Counted from the stretch's first letter, positions 9,512-18,579 are shown. The stretch is DNA of 31,479 bases from Candidatus Limnocylindrales bacterium (GCA_035559535.1 DATMBG010000007.1:62001-93479); one strand, 5' to 3'. Numbers and translations: made by a program. Notes: generated by a model from the letters alone, not told the origin.

Positions 9512-10258
9512 GTGTTTGATAAAGTCATTTTTTTTGTACAGGGAATGATCCTTCTGATGATGGCCCTATGTGTTTATCTTTATATGGGAAATTCGCCTCA
9601 CTTTGAAGTTTCCTCCATTAAAGTCAAGGGAAATATTTTTTTGTCATCCTCAGAAGTTATAAAGAAAGCAGGTATTCAGCTCCACACCAATATCTTGAAA
9701 ATTAAACCTGAAGAAATAAAAAATCGATTAGACCAGGAAGTATGGATTAAAAGAGCGACGATTCGTAGAGAGTTACCCAATCGGATTATCATTGAGTTGC
9801 AAGAGCGAGAGCCGTTTATGATTTGGGTAGGAGGGACCAAACAGGACGGAAGAAGATATCTGGTAGATCGAGAAGGAGTTCTACTTAAAGAGGTTCAGGA
9901 AGGGGAGGAAGTGGCCCGCAATCTTCCGATTTTTACCACCAGTTCTTTGATTCCTTTAACCTCCAGAGAGTCTGAGCCGGAGATGGTTTATGTCCAAAAG
10001 ATCATTCCTGAGATTGCAAAGATTCTTCAAGAAGACATTTTTTTATTCAAGAAAATAAAAGAAATTCATCTTTCCGGAACGGGTAGTCTAACCCTCGTTC
10101 CGGATACCGGAACTCCGGAGATAAGGGTTCACTTACTCGATTATCAAAGGAATTTAGAATATTTCAAGAGGTTACTTCCCCAATTAGATGTGACGCATCT
10201 AGAATATGTAGACTTAAGATTTAAAAAGAGAGTGGTAATTAAGCCAAATAATAGTTGA
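9512..10258 (+). CDS. ftsQ: Cell division protein FtsQ/DivIB
   Basis: N-terminal TM, POTRA-like FEVSSIKVKGN...WIKRATIRRELPNRIIIELQER, C-terminal YVDLRF; lies between murB and ftsA. Confidence 0.9.
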   Translation: MFDKVIFFVQGMILLMMALCVYLYMGNSPHFEVSSIKVKGNIFLSSSEVIKKAGIQLHTNILKIKPEEIKNRLDQEVWIKRATIRRELPNRIIIELQEREPFMIWVGGTKQDGRRYLVDREGVLLKEVQEGEEVARNLPIFTTSSLIPLTSRESEPEMVYVQKIIPEIAKILQEDIFLFKKIKEIHLSGTGSLTLVPDTGTPEIRVHLLDYQRNLEYFKRLLPQLDVTHLEYVDLRFKKRVVIKPNNS

Positions 10259-10282
10259 CTTATTTAAAAACTGTGTTATTGT
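10255..10282 (+). promoter_or_regulatory. Candidate sigma70-type promoter for ftsAZ
   Basis: TTGACT-16 nt-TATTGT with TG at the extended -10 position. Confidence 0.5.
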
Positions 10283-10333
10283 CTTTGCAGTCTACGATTG
10301 GACCTGGCTAATCATAGCTAATTTGATAAAAAA

Positions 10334-10375
10334 CGGTGCTTTCTCCCCGGGTCAAAACCGGGAGTATCTGCACCG
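10334..10375 (+). repeat. GC-rich hairpin in the ftsA leader
   Basis: CGGTGC...CTCCCCGG gtcaaaa CCGGGAG...GCACCG. Confidence 0.6.
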
Positions 10376-10394
10376 AAAGGTTGGTGAATAAGGG

Positions 10395-11633
10395 GTGGCT
10401 AAAACAGGTCGAATTATAGCAGGTTTAGATATAGGCACGACCAAAATATGTGCCATTGTAGGCGAGGTCAATGAAGATGACCAGGTAGACATCATCGGAA
10501 TTGGTAATACGCCGTCTCAAGGACTTCGTAAGGGTGTAGTGGTTAACATAGAAAGCACAGTTAAATCCATCGAGAGGGCGGTTCGGGAAGCGGAATTGAT
10601 GGCAGGAGTCGAACTTCACTCTGCCTTTGTAGGTATCGCGGGTGGACATATTCGAGGGATCAACAGTCGTGGTGTGATTGCGGTATCTGGAAAAAATAAA
10701 GAGATTACCCCCCAAGATGTGAGACGGGTCATCGATGCAGCGAAAGCCGTATCTATTCCTGTGGACAGAGAAGTTATCCATATTCTTCCCCAAGAGTTTA
10801 TCATTGACGATCAAGATGGAATTAAGGAACCCCTGGGCATGACAGGGGTCAGGCTGGAAGTGGAAGTCCATATTGTAACGGCTGCTGTGACCTCGGCTCA
10901 AAATATTATTAAAAGTGTGAATCGGGCTGGATTGAATGTGGAAGATATCGTCCTCGAGCAGTTAGCTTCCAGCAAAGCGACCCTGACACCGGATGAAAGA
11001 GAGATTGGAGTTGCCTTAGTAGATATTGGGGGTGGAACGACCGATATAATTGTCTTTGTAGATGGTAAAGTTTGTCATACGGCGGTTCTGGCTCTGGGAG
11101 GAAATCATGTGACCAACGATATTGCCGTAGGTCTTAGAACACCCACCGGCGAAGCTGAAAGGATCAAAAGGAGGTACGGTTGTGCCCTCTCTTCCCTAGT
11201 CTCGGAAGATGAAACTATTGAAGTGCCCAGCGTTGGAGGTAGAAAGCCTAGGGTTTTATCCCGACAAATCCTGAGTGAGATTATAGAACCTCGGATGGAA
11301 GAAATTTTCAGTTTGGTTCATCGAGAACTTAAACGAACCGGATATGATCACTTGATGGCAGCCGGAATTGTAGTAACCGGTGGCACAGCTATCATGGAAG
11401 GAGTTCCCGACCTTGCCGAGCAAGTCTTTGATTTACCGGTCAGAAGAGGAATGCCTATGAATATAGGCGGGTTGGTAGATGTTGTGAACAGTCCTATATA
11501 TGCTACTGGGGTAGGACTTGTTCTATACGGGGTGGAACATGGTTCTCAAGGAAAGTTCAATAAAGCAGACGATGATAATCTCTTTCAACGGGTTGTGGCT
11601 CGCATGAAACAGTGGTTCGGGGAGTTTTTTTAA
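10395..11633 (+). CDS. ftsA: Cell division protein FtsA
   Basis: GLDIGTTKI, VDIGGGTTD, GIVVTGG, amphipathic C-terminal helix MKQWFGEFF. Confidence 0.98.
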   Translation: MAKTGRIIAGLDIGTTKICAIVGEVNEDDQVDIIGIGNTPSQGLRKGVVVNIESTVKSIERAVREAELMAGVELHSAFVGIAGGHIRGINSRGVIAVSGKNKEITPQDVRRVIDAAKAVSIPVDREVIHILPQEFIIDDQDGIKEPLGMTGVRLEVEVHIVTAAVTSAQNIIKSVNRAGLNVEDIVLEQLASSKATLTPDEREIGVALVDIGGGTTDIIVFVDGKVCHTAVLALGGNHVTNDIAVGLRTPTGEAERIKRRYGCALSSLVSEDETIEVPSVGGRKPRVLSRQILSEIIEPRMEEIFSLVHRELKRTGYDHLMAAGIVVTGGTAIMEGVPDLAEQVFDLPVRRGMPMNIGGLVDVVNSPIYATGVGLVLYGVEHGSQGKFNKADDDNLFQRVVARMKQWFGEFF

Positions 11634-11658
11634 TTAAATCTATAAAGGAGGCATGTAT

Positions 11659-12813
11659 ATGGATATGGACTTCGAAGAAACCAGTAGTATGAGAGCTAAA
11701 ATTAAGGTTATCGGGGTCGGTGGGGGGGGCGGAAATGCGGTAAATCGAATGATCAGCGCTGGATTGGAAGGTGTTGAGTTTATTGCAACCAATACAGACG
11801 TTCAGGTTTTAAAACAAAACTTAGCCCCTAAGAAATATCAATTGGGTGCAAAATTAACCAAAGGACTGGGAGCTGGTTCAGATCCTTTAATAGGTAAAAA
11901 CGCAGCCCTTGAAGATGAAGATTTATTGGCAGAAATGGTAGGGGATGCCGATATGGTATTCATTACAGCGGGCATGGGGGGGGGCACAGGAACCGGAGCT
12001 TCTCCTATCATTGCAGCAAAGGCAAAAGAACTGGGTGCTTTGACCGTTGCGGTGGTCACAAAGCCTTTTTTATTTGAAGGAAGTTTTCGCGCCAGACAGG
12101 CGGAGGCTGGGATTGCAGAGCTAAACGAGGTCGTAGACACTCTTATTACCATCCCCAATCAGCGTCTGCTGAATGTAGTCGGAAAACAGACCAGCATCCT
12201 GGATGCCTTTGCACAGGCCGACGAGGTGCTTAAGCAGGCTGTACAAGGAATTTCGGATCTTATTACGGTACCCGGCCTTATTAACCTGGATTTTGCCGAT
12301 GTTAAAACGATCATGTCCAATATGGGCGTAGCCCTCATGGGAACTGCCGTAGCTACCGGAGAACAACGCGCCATCGACGCCGCCCAAAAGGCTATTTCTA
12401 GCCCTCTGCTGGACGATATAACCATTGATGGGGCAAGAGGAGTCCTGATTAATATTACCGGTGGTAAAAATCTCGGCCTCCATGAAGTGAGCGAGGCGGC
12501 TTCTATCATTCAAGAAGCTGCTCATCCAGAAGCCAATATTATCTTTGGCGCCGTGATCGATGAAACCCTCACCGATGAAATCCGAATTACCGTCATCGCT
12601 ACAGGATTTGATGCAAAAGAGAAAGTAGAACGTGAAAAAATAGAGCGACAGTTGGGATCTGAAAAACTTCCCTACAAGTATCTGGATACCAGCCATGCAC
12701 GCAAAAAATCTTCTGGTGGAATTCCTAAGAAACGGCTAGAGCCTGTTAGCGGTGATTTCGTCGTGGAGAATGATCTGGATATCCCAACCTTCATCCGGAA
12801 AAAAGCGGATTAG
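11659..12813 (+). CDS. ftsZ: Cell division protein FtsZ
   Basis: [31 protein letters not shown]-terminal [13 protein letters not shown] 11659 is 7 nt after AAGGAGG. Confidence 0.99.
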   Translation: MDMDFEETSSMRAKIKVIGVGGGGGNAVNRMISAGLEGVEFIATNTDVQVLKQNLAPKKYQLGAKLTKGLGAGSDPLIGKNAALEDEDLLAEMVGDADMVFITAGMGGGTGTGASPIIAAKAKELGALTVAVVTKPFLFEGSFRARQAEAGIAELNEVVDTLITIPNQRLLNVVGKQTSILDAFAQADEVLKQAVQGISDLITVPGLINLDFADVKTIMSNMGVALMGTAVATGEQRAIDAAQKAISSPLLDDITIDGARGVLINITGGKNLGLHEVSEAASIIQEAAHPEANIIFGAVIDETLTDEIRITVIATGFDAKEKVEREKIERQLGSEKLPYKYLDTSHARKKSSGGIPKKRLEPVSGDFVVENDLDIPTFIRKKAD

Positions 12814-12821
12814 TTTAATCC

Positions 12822-12959
12822 GTAGGGAGTAAGTAGTGGTAAAGAGTGAAAACCTTTTTACTACCCATTAGGATCTGCGGGCAAGGATGCCCGCACTTTC
12901 AACAATAAAGAGTGGTAAAAGAGGGGATACCTTTTTACTACGGGTTACTTACTACCTAC
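12822..12959 (+). repeat. Composite palindromic element after ftsZ
   Basis: Outer stem GTAGGGAGTAAGTAG/TTACTTACTACCTAC; duplicated inner hairpin AGTGGTAAA..CCTTTTTACTAC (12835-12864, 12911-12941); central TGCGGGCA-AGGA-TGCCCGCA (12876-12895). Confidence 0.8.
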
Positions 12960-12967
12960 TTTCTTAT

Positions 12968-13585
12968 ATGAAAGGATTTTCTTCTCTTCTTCTCTATATA
13001 GGGACTATGTTGACCCTCTTCGTGTTAGCATCTTGTGCCACTCCTCCCTTTGATGTTTTTCAAAGTCCTAGAGTGAGTTCTTCACAAAATACCTCAGAAG
13101 TACCTCAAAATGGGTTCTCCGATTGGGATTATTCGGCTTCCGATCAGCTAGCACCTTCCAGCCCCTATGAACCTCCCTCCACATCTCCTTATCCTGTAAC
13201 TCAGTATCCCACTCTCTATCCGGGTATATCTCCACGTAAAGCCCTTACCCATCCACCTAAACTGGTGAATGTAACGGCTCCTGAATCCACTCCTGAATCT
13301 GGACAAGGGGTTATCCAGATCGAACCAAAATCCAATTTAACCCATAAACCGATACGCCTGGTCCCTTTAACTAACCCAAAGCCTGAATATCATCCGGGTT
13401 ATCCCCCGGGTTATCGCCTGGACTATCCCCGGGGCTATCTTCCTCCTTATCTTCCCAGTTATCCACGCAACTTAGGAGATCCTTATGGACGCCCGATTTG
13501 TCCGGCTTATCCTTCTAGCTTTTCGAATCTTCCTCCTCCAGACTCCAGGGACTATCCAGAGATTGCTGAGGCCTCTTGTCCCTAA
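12968..13585 (+). CDS. Hypothetical Pro/Ser/Tyr-rich lipoprotein
   Basis: MKGFSSLLLYIGTMLTLFVLASC is a signal peptide with lipobox LASC; low-complexity body; no family recognised. Confidence 0.7.
   Translation: MKGFSSLLLYIGTMLTLFVLASCATPPFDVFQSPRVSSSQNTSEVPQNGFSDWDYSASDQLAPSSPYEPPSTSPYPVTQYPTLYPGISPRKALTHPPKLVNVTAPESTPESGQGVIQIEPKSNLTHKPIRLVPLTNPKPEYHPGYPPGYRLDYPRGYLPPYLPSYPRNLGDPYGRPICPAYPSSFSNLPPPDSRDYPEIAEASCP
13388..13471 (+). repeat. Degenerate 12-bp coding tandem repeat, 7 units
   Basis: TATC at 12-nt intervals; YHPG YPPG YRLD YPRG YLPP YLPS YPRN. Confidence 0.7.
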
Positions 13586-13728
13586 GGGGAATTTTACTTA
13601 AATTATTTACTAACCAAACCTTTAAAGAACTTGTCCGGAAGAGGGAATTTTGTGTAAATTATTCATGGGATAATAATTTTCTGGATTAGAGGGTCAGTTT
13701 AACAAGTGATCCAGGTTTTGGCTGTACC

Positions 13729-14523
13729 TTGTTACCTTTCGTTAAAGATACCCAAGTCCTTACCTCCAAAAACCTTATTCATGGGTTCAGTACCCGACTT
13801 AAAGGCATAAGCCCGTATCCCTTTGATACCCTTAATCTGGGTTTTAGTGGGGGAGACGCACCAGAACGGGTCATTAAAAATCGGGAAATTTTCTTTAGTT
13901 CCCTGGGAATTGATCCAAGGAAGATTTTCCTTACCAAACAGGTTCATGGGAACCAGGTTTTCTCCATCGATAAGCAGGTGATAGATTATGAAGCGCTCAA
14001 GAAAAGGGCAAGTCAAGAAGCCTGTGATGCCTTGATAACCAATCAAATGGGAATTCCCTTAACCGTATTAACCGCCGATTGCGTTCCTTTAATCGTATGG
14101 GATCCAGTTCAACGGGCGATTGGAGTCATCCATGCTGGATGGCGCGGGACCCTCAGGAAAGTTACCGAGGCCACGCTACAGGCCATGAGGGTTACTTTTC
14201 GTACTCACCCCAAAGACTGTCGGGTTGTCATAGGTCCATCGATTCGTGGCTGTTGTTATGAAGTCGATAGAACGGTGGTAGAGCCTTTTAAGGCAACTTT
14301 TTCTTATGCAGATTGTCTTATGATTCAAAAGAGAGATCCTACATGGTTGTTAGATCTTGCACAAGCCAACCGTCAGCAATTAATCAGATGTGGAGTCCGT
14401 GAAGAAAATATCTCCATATTAAATTATTGCACCTACTGTCGTCCAGACCTCTTCTTTTCCTACCGGAGAGATGGAAAGAGAACAGGTAGAATGTTATCGA
14501 CAGCTATGCTCTTAACAGACTAG
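13729..14523 (+). CDS. pgeF: Peptidoglycan editing factor PgeF (YfiH/YlmD family)
   Basis: HGFSTR, LNLG, QVHG, TADCVP, IHAGWRG, IGPSI, FFSYRR; TTG start uncertain. Confidence 0.95.
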   Translation: MLPFVKDTQVLTSKNLIHGFSTRLKGISPYPFDTLNLGFSGGDAPERVIKNREIFFSSLGIDPRKIFLTKQVHGNQVFSIDKQVIDYEALKKRASQEACDALITNQMGIPLTVLTADCVPLIVWDPVQRAIGVIHAGWRGTLRKVTEATLQAMRVTFRTHPKDCRVVIGPSIRGCCYEVDRTVVEPFKATFSYADCLMIQKRDPTWLLDLAQANRQQLIRCGVREENISILNYCTYCRPDLFFSYRRDGKRTGRMLSTAMLLTD

Positions 14524-14532
14524 AGAAGGCGT

Positions 14533-15165
14533 ATGAAAAAAAAAGCCAGGACTATTTCGTATATGCCTTTAAGGCCCATAGGTTATCTCTTATTTAAAGT
14601 ATATTTCCGTTTAACAGGAATCGGTACCGAATATATCCCTAAAGAGGGTCCCGGGATTATTGCACCGAACCATGTGAGTTATGCGGATCCTCCTTTAATA
14701 GCCGCCGTAACGCCAAGAATGCTCCACTTTATTATGTTACACGAGCATTATTACCATCCCTGGTTTCATTGGCTCTTTAAACGCCTGCCCTGTATCCCTA
14801 TTAGACAGGGCCGTGTGAATGCAGAATCTTTAAAAGAAAGTTTACAGGTTCTGGAAGAGGGTAAGCTGTTGTGCATTTTCCCGGAAGGGGGCCGCACCCA
14901 GGATAATAAACTGATGCGGCCTATGCCGGGAATTGCGATGCTGGCCTTAAAAACTGAGGCACCTGTAATACCTGCGGGAATTATCGGGGGTTTTGAGGCC
15001 TATGGTCCTCATCTTAGATTTCCTCGTCCCAAACGTATAACCATTCGCTTTGGTCCTCCTCTTATTTTTAAGAAGGAGGAAAACCCCAATAAGGCAAGAC
15101 TTTTAGAAATCTCTCAAGAAATTATGGGGCATATTGGGGCCTTATTGGAAAAAAAGGAGAAGTAA
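14533..15165 (+). CDS. plsC: Lysophospholipid acyltransferase (PlsC family)
   Basis: NHVSYAD (HX4D), IFPEGGRT, PVIP. Confidence 0.88.
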   Translation: MKKKARTISYMPLRPIGYLLFKVYFRLTGIGTEYIPKEGPGIIAPNHVSYADPPLIAAVTPRMLHFIMLHEHYYHPWFHWLFKRLPCIPIRQGRVNAESLKESLQVLEEGKLLCIFPEGGRTQDNKLMRPMPGIAMLALKTEAPVIPAGIIGGFEAYGPHLRFPRPKRITIRFGPPLIFKKEENPNKARLLEISQEIMGHIGALLEKKEK

Positions 15166-15167
15166 CT

Positions 15168-15404
15168 ATGTTTCGACTCAACCTTCTTTCTAAAGTCATT
15201 GATCAAGTTCCCAATCGTTATCTTCTAGTGCATCTTATCGCAAAGCGAATTCACCAGATCGAAGAAGGGGCAGCTCCCCTTGCAGGGGAAAAATATAATT
15301 CCATTTTTAATAAGGTCCTGGAAGAGATCATTGAGGGAAAAATACGGATAGTAGAATGGGAAGAGACAACTTCGGAGAAGCAAGAGTCTGATGGAGAGTC
15401 GTAA
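15168..15404 (+). CDS. rpoZ: Probable RNA polymerase omega subunit
   Basis: VPNRYLLVHLIAKRIHQI...VLEEIIEGKI resembles omega motifs; SD AAGGAG. Confidence 0.75.
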   Translation: MFRLNLLSKVIDQVPNRYLLVHLIAKRIHQIEEGAAPLAGEKYNSIFNKVLEEIIEGKIRIVEWEETTSEKQESDGES

Positions 15405-16176
15405 GATCTCCGATACGGAAGTACCAGTTGATAATTCGATTCCCCAGAAAAAGAGAGACGATAGCCCCTAAAACCAGAAATGGACCAAAGGGAATATAAT
15501 CGTCTCTCTTTTTTTTCTTAAGGAGGATTAAACTGACTCCGATCAGAGAACCGGTTACCGATCCCAAAAAGATGGTCAAGAGGGTATTTTTCCAGCCTAA
15601 AAAAGTACCTATCATGGCCATTAATTTAATATCGCCGCCACCCATACCTTCCTTTCCCAAAACAGCCAGGCTTATAAAGCCAACCAGGTAAATAACCCCT
15701 CCTCCGACTAAAGCGCCTATTAAAGACTGTAACACGGAAAGTGGAAGGGTTAGCCAGGCCAGTAAAAGTCCTACGACAATGCCGGGTAACGAGATGACAT
15801 CGGGAATAATTTGATGTTCTATATCGATGAAAGCAATGGCAATTAGAGCCGATAAGAAAACCAAATAAGAGAAAGCCGCAGGGGTGAAACCAAAGGTATG
15901 GAAGGTTAGCCAGAATAGGAAACCTGTTAAGAACTCGACCATGGGATATCGAAGGGATATAGGTTTCTTACAAAATCGACACTTTCCACCCAGAAGAATA
16001 TAACTGAGGATGGGAATATTATCCTGGGGTTTTATACGATTATTGCAATGGGGACAGGTAGAGCGCGGAAGGACGATAGATTTTTTCCTTGGGATTCGAT
16101 AAATGCAAACGTTGAGAAAGCTACCGACTAAGGTTCCTAAGAGGAAAATGTAAAGTTCGATGAGATACTTATCCAT
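15328..16176 (-). CDS. pilD: Type IV prepilin peptidase (A24)
   Basis: GSFLNVCIYRIP, CPHC/CRFC, DNIPILSY, IDIEH, GMGGGDIKL, IPFGPFL. Confidence 0.96.
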   Translation of the reverse strand: MDKYLIELYIFLLGTLVGSFLNVCIYRIPRKKSIVLPRSTCPHCNNRIKPQDNIPILSYILLGGKCRFCKKPISLRYPMVEFLTGFLFWLTFHTFGFTPAAFSYLVFLSALIAIAFIDIEHQIIPDVISLPGIVVGLLLAWLTLPLSVLQSLIGALVGGGVIYLVGFISLAVLGKEGMGGGDIKLMAMIGTFLGWKNTLLTIFLGSVTGSLIGVSLILLKKKKRDDYIPFGPFLVLGAIVSLFLGNRIINWYFRIGDLTTLHQTLASPKLSLPILLSVFFPQ

Positions 16177-16185
16177 AGCGTATTC

Positions 16186-16214
16186 ACTATGGATGATCTG
16201 AGGAGATAAGTCAA
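16186..16214 (-). promoter_or_regulatory. Candidate sigma70-type promoter of pilD
   Basis: Minus strand TTGACT-17 nt-CATAGT, ending 9 nt before the ATG. Confidence 0.45.
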
Positions 16215-16230
16215 GTTCTTTCGTTTGGAA

Positions 16231-16259
16231 AACCCGGTTTCTTTTTAAGAAACCGGGTT
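16231..16259 (-). terminator. 13-bp perfect hairpin downstream of rplQ; REP-like palindrome and possible terminator
   Basis: AACCCGGTTTCTT ttt AAGAAACCGGGTT; only a short U tract on the minus strand. Confidence 0.5.
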
Positions 16260-16309
16260 CTTTAGAATGGTCAGACAGAAAGTCAAGGATTGAAGGAGGA
16301 AAATCGACT

Positions 16310-16711
16310 TTATGTTCCCTTACTCTCTTCTTTCGCAGGCTTGGCGGCTATTTCCGCGTCGACCAGTTCAATAACCGCCATGGGGGCTGCATCCCCGACC
16401 CGATATTTAGATAACTTAATAACCCGGGTATAGCCACCGTTTCTTTCGGCATATCTCGCTGCAAGGGTATCAAACAATTTTCGAACAACTTTTTTATCCT
16501 GGATAAACTGGAGAACCTGCCTTCGGGCATGGAGGGTTCCACGTTTGGCAAAGGTAATCATATGCTCTGCAAAACGGCGCATGGCTTTAGCCTTTGGGAG
16601 CGTGGTAGTAATTCTCTCATGCCGAAACAGCTCGGTAACCAGATTACGAAGCAGAGCTCTCCGATGACTGGCCGTCCTCCCTAGCTTTTTGACTTTTTTT
16701 CTATGCCGCAT
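16310..16711 (-). CDS. rplQ: 50S ribosomal protein L17
   Basis: [34 protein letters not shown]. Confidence 0.99.
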   Translation of the reverse strand: MRHRKKVKKLGRTASHRRALLRNLVTELFRHERITTTLPKAKAMRRFAEHMITFAKRGTLHARRQVLQFIQDKKVVRKLFDTLAARYAERNGGYTRVIKLSKYRVGDAAPMAVIELVDAEIAAKPAKEESKGT

Positions 16712-16723
16712 ATTCAACCGAAT

Positions 16724-16772
16724 TCAGGAGTCAGAGTGATCTTTACAAACTTTCTGACTTCTGACTTCTGAC
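16724..16772 (-). repeat. Heptamer hairpin (TTCTGAC x3) at the rpsD/rplQ junction
   Basis: TCAGGAGTCAGA ... TTCTGAC TTCTGAC TTCTGAC. Confidence 0.8.
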
Positions 16773-16775
16773 CTT

Positions 16776-17402
16776 TTATTTAGAATACAGCTCGACAATC
16801 AACTGTTCCTGGATTTGAGGAGAAATATCTTCCCGTTTGGGTAACTCAACAACCGTTCCTTTAAAATTAGCTGCATCTAAGGACAGCCAGGGTGGAATAC
16901 CCCGACGTTGAGCAGCGGTTAAGGACTCTTTAATTCTTACATTTTCTCGACTTTTAGCCTTTACCTCGATTACATCCCCCTTAGAAACTTGATAAGACGG
17001 AATATCCACCAGTTTACCATTAACCAGAATGTGGCGATGTCGGACAAGTTGTCTGGCTTCTTTAATAGAGCTTGCAAACCCCAGGCGATGAACCACGTTG
17101 TCCAGACGCCGTTCTAAGGAGATCAATAAAGCAGCTCCGGTAACTCCCTTTTGTTTGGCCGCTTTTTGGAAATAACGTCTAAATTGTTTTTCTAAAACCC
17201 CGTAAATCCTTTTCACTTTCTGTTTTTCACGCAAGCGAATCCCGTAATCAGATACCTTAGATCGGCGTTGTCCGTGCTGACCTGGTGGATAATTTCGCCT
17301 TTCTATGGGACACTTATCGGTAAAACAGCGTTCTCCCTTTAGATAGAGCTTCATTCCTTCCGCTCTACAAAGCTTACATACAGGACCGGTATAACGTGCC
17401 AC
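16776..17402 (-). CDS. rpsD: 30S ribosomal protein S4
   Basis: [35 protein letters not shown] start with GGAGG. Confidence 0.99.
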   Translation of the reverse strand: MARYTGPVCKLCRAEGMKLYLKGERCFTDKCPIERRNYPPGQHGQRRSKVSDYGIRLREKQKVKRIYGVLEKQFRRYFQKAAKQKGVTGAALLISLERRLDNVVHRLGFASSIKEARQLVRHRHILVNGKLVDIPSYQVSKGDVIEVKAKSRENVRIKESLTAAQRRGIPPWLSLDAANFKGTVVELPKREDISPQIQEQLIVELYSK

Positions 17403-17419
17403 TCCTTCCTCCGAAACTG

Positions 17420-17495
17420 AATAGGCAATAGGTAACAGGCCCTAGATCGTGAATTGTCTTTTCCTACCCACGGTCTACGGCTTGCTACCCATTAC
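17420..17495 (-). repeat. Heptamer hairpin, rpsK/rpsD
   Basis: AATAGGC AATAGGT AACAGGC...; arms 17425-17453 / 17467-17495. Confidence 0.75.
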
Positions 17496-17499
17496 TTTT

Positions 17500-17889
17500 T
17501 TAAACACGTCGTCTTTTAGGGGGCCTGCAACCATTATGAGGAATCGGTGTTACATCCTTGATGGCTTTAACTTCCAATCCCACAGCCTGTAAGGATCTTA
17601 TGGCCGCTTCCCTTCCGGCTCCAGGCCCTTTTACATAAACTTCTACCTGGCGCATCCCCAGGTCGAGGGCTTTTTTTCCACAATCTCGAGCTGCCATCTG
17701 GGCAGCAAAAGGGGTATTTTTTCGAGATCCCTTATATCCTAAACTGCCGGCACTTGACCAGGTGATAACATTCCCCTCTAAATCGGTAATGGTAACAATG
17801 GTATTATTAAAACTACTCTGAATATGGGCAATACCCTTCTCGATATTTTTTAATTCCCTTTTTTTCTTTTTGGCCCCTTTTTTTCCCAT
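17500..17889 (-). CDS. rpsK: 30S ribosomal protein S11
   Basis: [39 protein letters not shown]. Confidence 0.99.
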   Translation of the reverse strand: MGKKGAKKKKRELKNIEKGIAHIQSSFNNTIVTITDLEGNVITWSSAGSLGYKGSRKNTPFAAQMAARDCGKKALDLGMRQVEVYVKGPGAGREAAIRSLQAVGLEVKAIKDVTPIPHNGCRPPKRRRV

Positions 17890-17900
17890 ACTTAGGGTAC

Positions 17901-17968
17901 TACGCAAAGCGTAATCTGTAGGGCTTTCTAGATCCTACTTTCTGAACTCATTCATTACGCCTTACGTA
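17901..17968 (-). repeat. Heptamer hairpin, rpsM/rpsK
   Basis: TACGCAAAGCGTAAT (17901-17915) / ATTACGCCTTACGTA (17954-17968). Confidence 0.8.
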
Positions 17969-17980
17969 TTCCATCTTCTA

Positions 17981-18364
17981 TTATTTCTTTTTGAGCTGTT
18001 TACGCTTACCTCCAATAGTTCGTCGGGGTCCTTTGCGGGTTCTTGCATTGGTACTCGTCCTCTGACCACGAACCGGAAGTCCTCGTCGGTGACGTAAACC
18101 TCGATAACAACCGATATCCATGAGGCGTTTTATATTCATAGCGACTTCCCTGCGTAAGTCCCCTTCTACTTTATATTTTTCATCGATTATTTTTCTCAGC
18201 GTAACGACTTCTTCGTCGCTTAACTCACCGACCTTTTTATTAAAATCAATTCCGGCTTCTTTTAAAATTTTTTGTGCAGAAGGACGACCGATCCCATAAA
18301 TATAGGTCAAACCGATTTCTACTCTTTTATTCTTCGGTAGATCAATCCCGGCTATGCGTGCCAA
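17981..18364 (-). CDS. rpsM: 30S ribosomal protein S13
   Basis: [29 protein letters not shown] start. Confidence 0.99.
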   Translation of the reverse strand: MARIAGIDLPKNKRVEIGLTYIYGIGRPSAQKILKEAGIDFNKKVGELSDEEVVTLRKIIDEKYKVEGDLRREVAMNIKRLMDIGCYRGLRHRRGLPVRGQRTSTNARTRKGPRRTIGGKRKQLKKK

Positions 18365-18387
18365 AGTTATAACCTCTCCTTAACTTT

Positions 18388-18448
18388 GGGGCTTGAGACT
18401 TGAGACTTGAGACCGGACGCCGGTCTCTGACCTCTGGCCTCTTGCCTC
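18388..18448 (-). repeat. Heptamer hairpin, rpmJ/rpsM
   Basis: TTGAGAC x3 CGG acg CCGGT CTCTGAC CTCTGGC CTCTTGC CTC. Confidence 0.85.
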
Positions 18449-18459
18449 TAAGAAATTTT

Positions 18460-18573
18460 TCACCCCTGTTTTTGTTTATGCCGAGGGTTCTCACAAATGA
18501 CCCTTACGACACCTTTTCGTTTGACAATCTTGCATTTATCACAGATTTTTTTTACGGAAGCTCGAACTTTCAT
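18460..18573 (-). CDS. rpmJ: 50S ribosomal protein L36, Zn-ribbon type (absent from the ORF track)
   Basis: Manual translation [37 protein letters not shown]. Confidence 0.99.
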   Translation of the reverse strand: MKVRASVKKICDKCKIVKRKGVVRVICENPRHKQKQG

Positions 18574-18579
18574 AATCTG

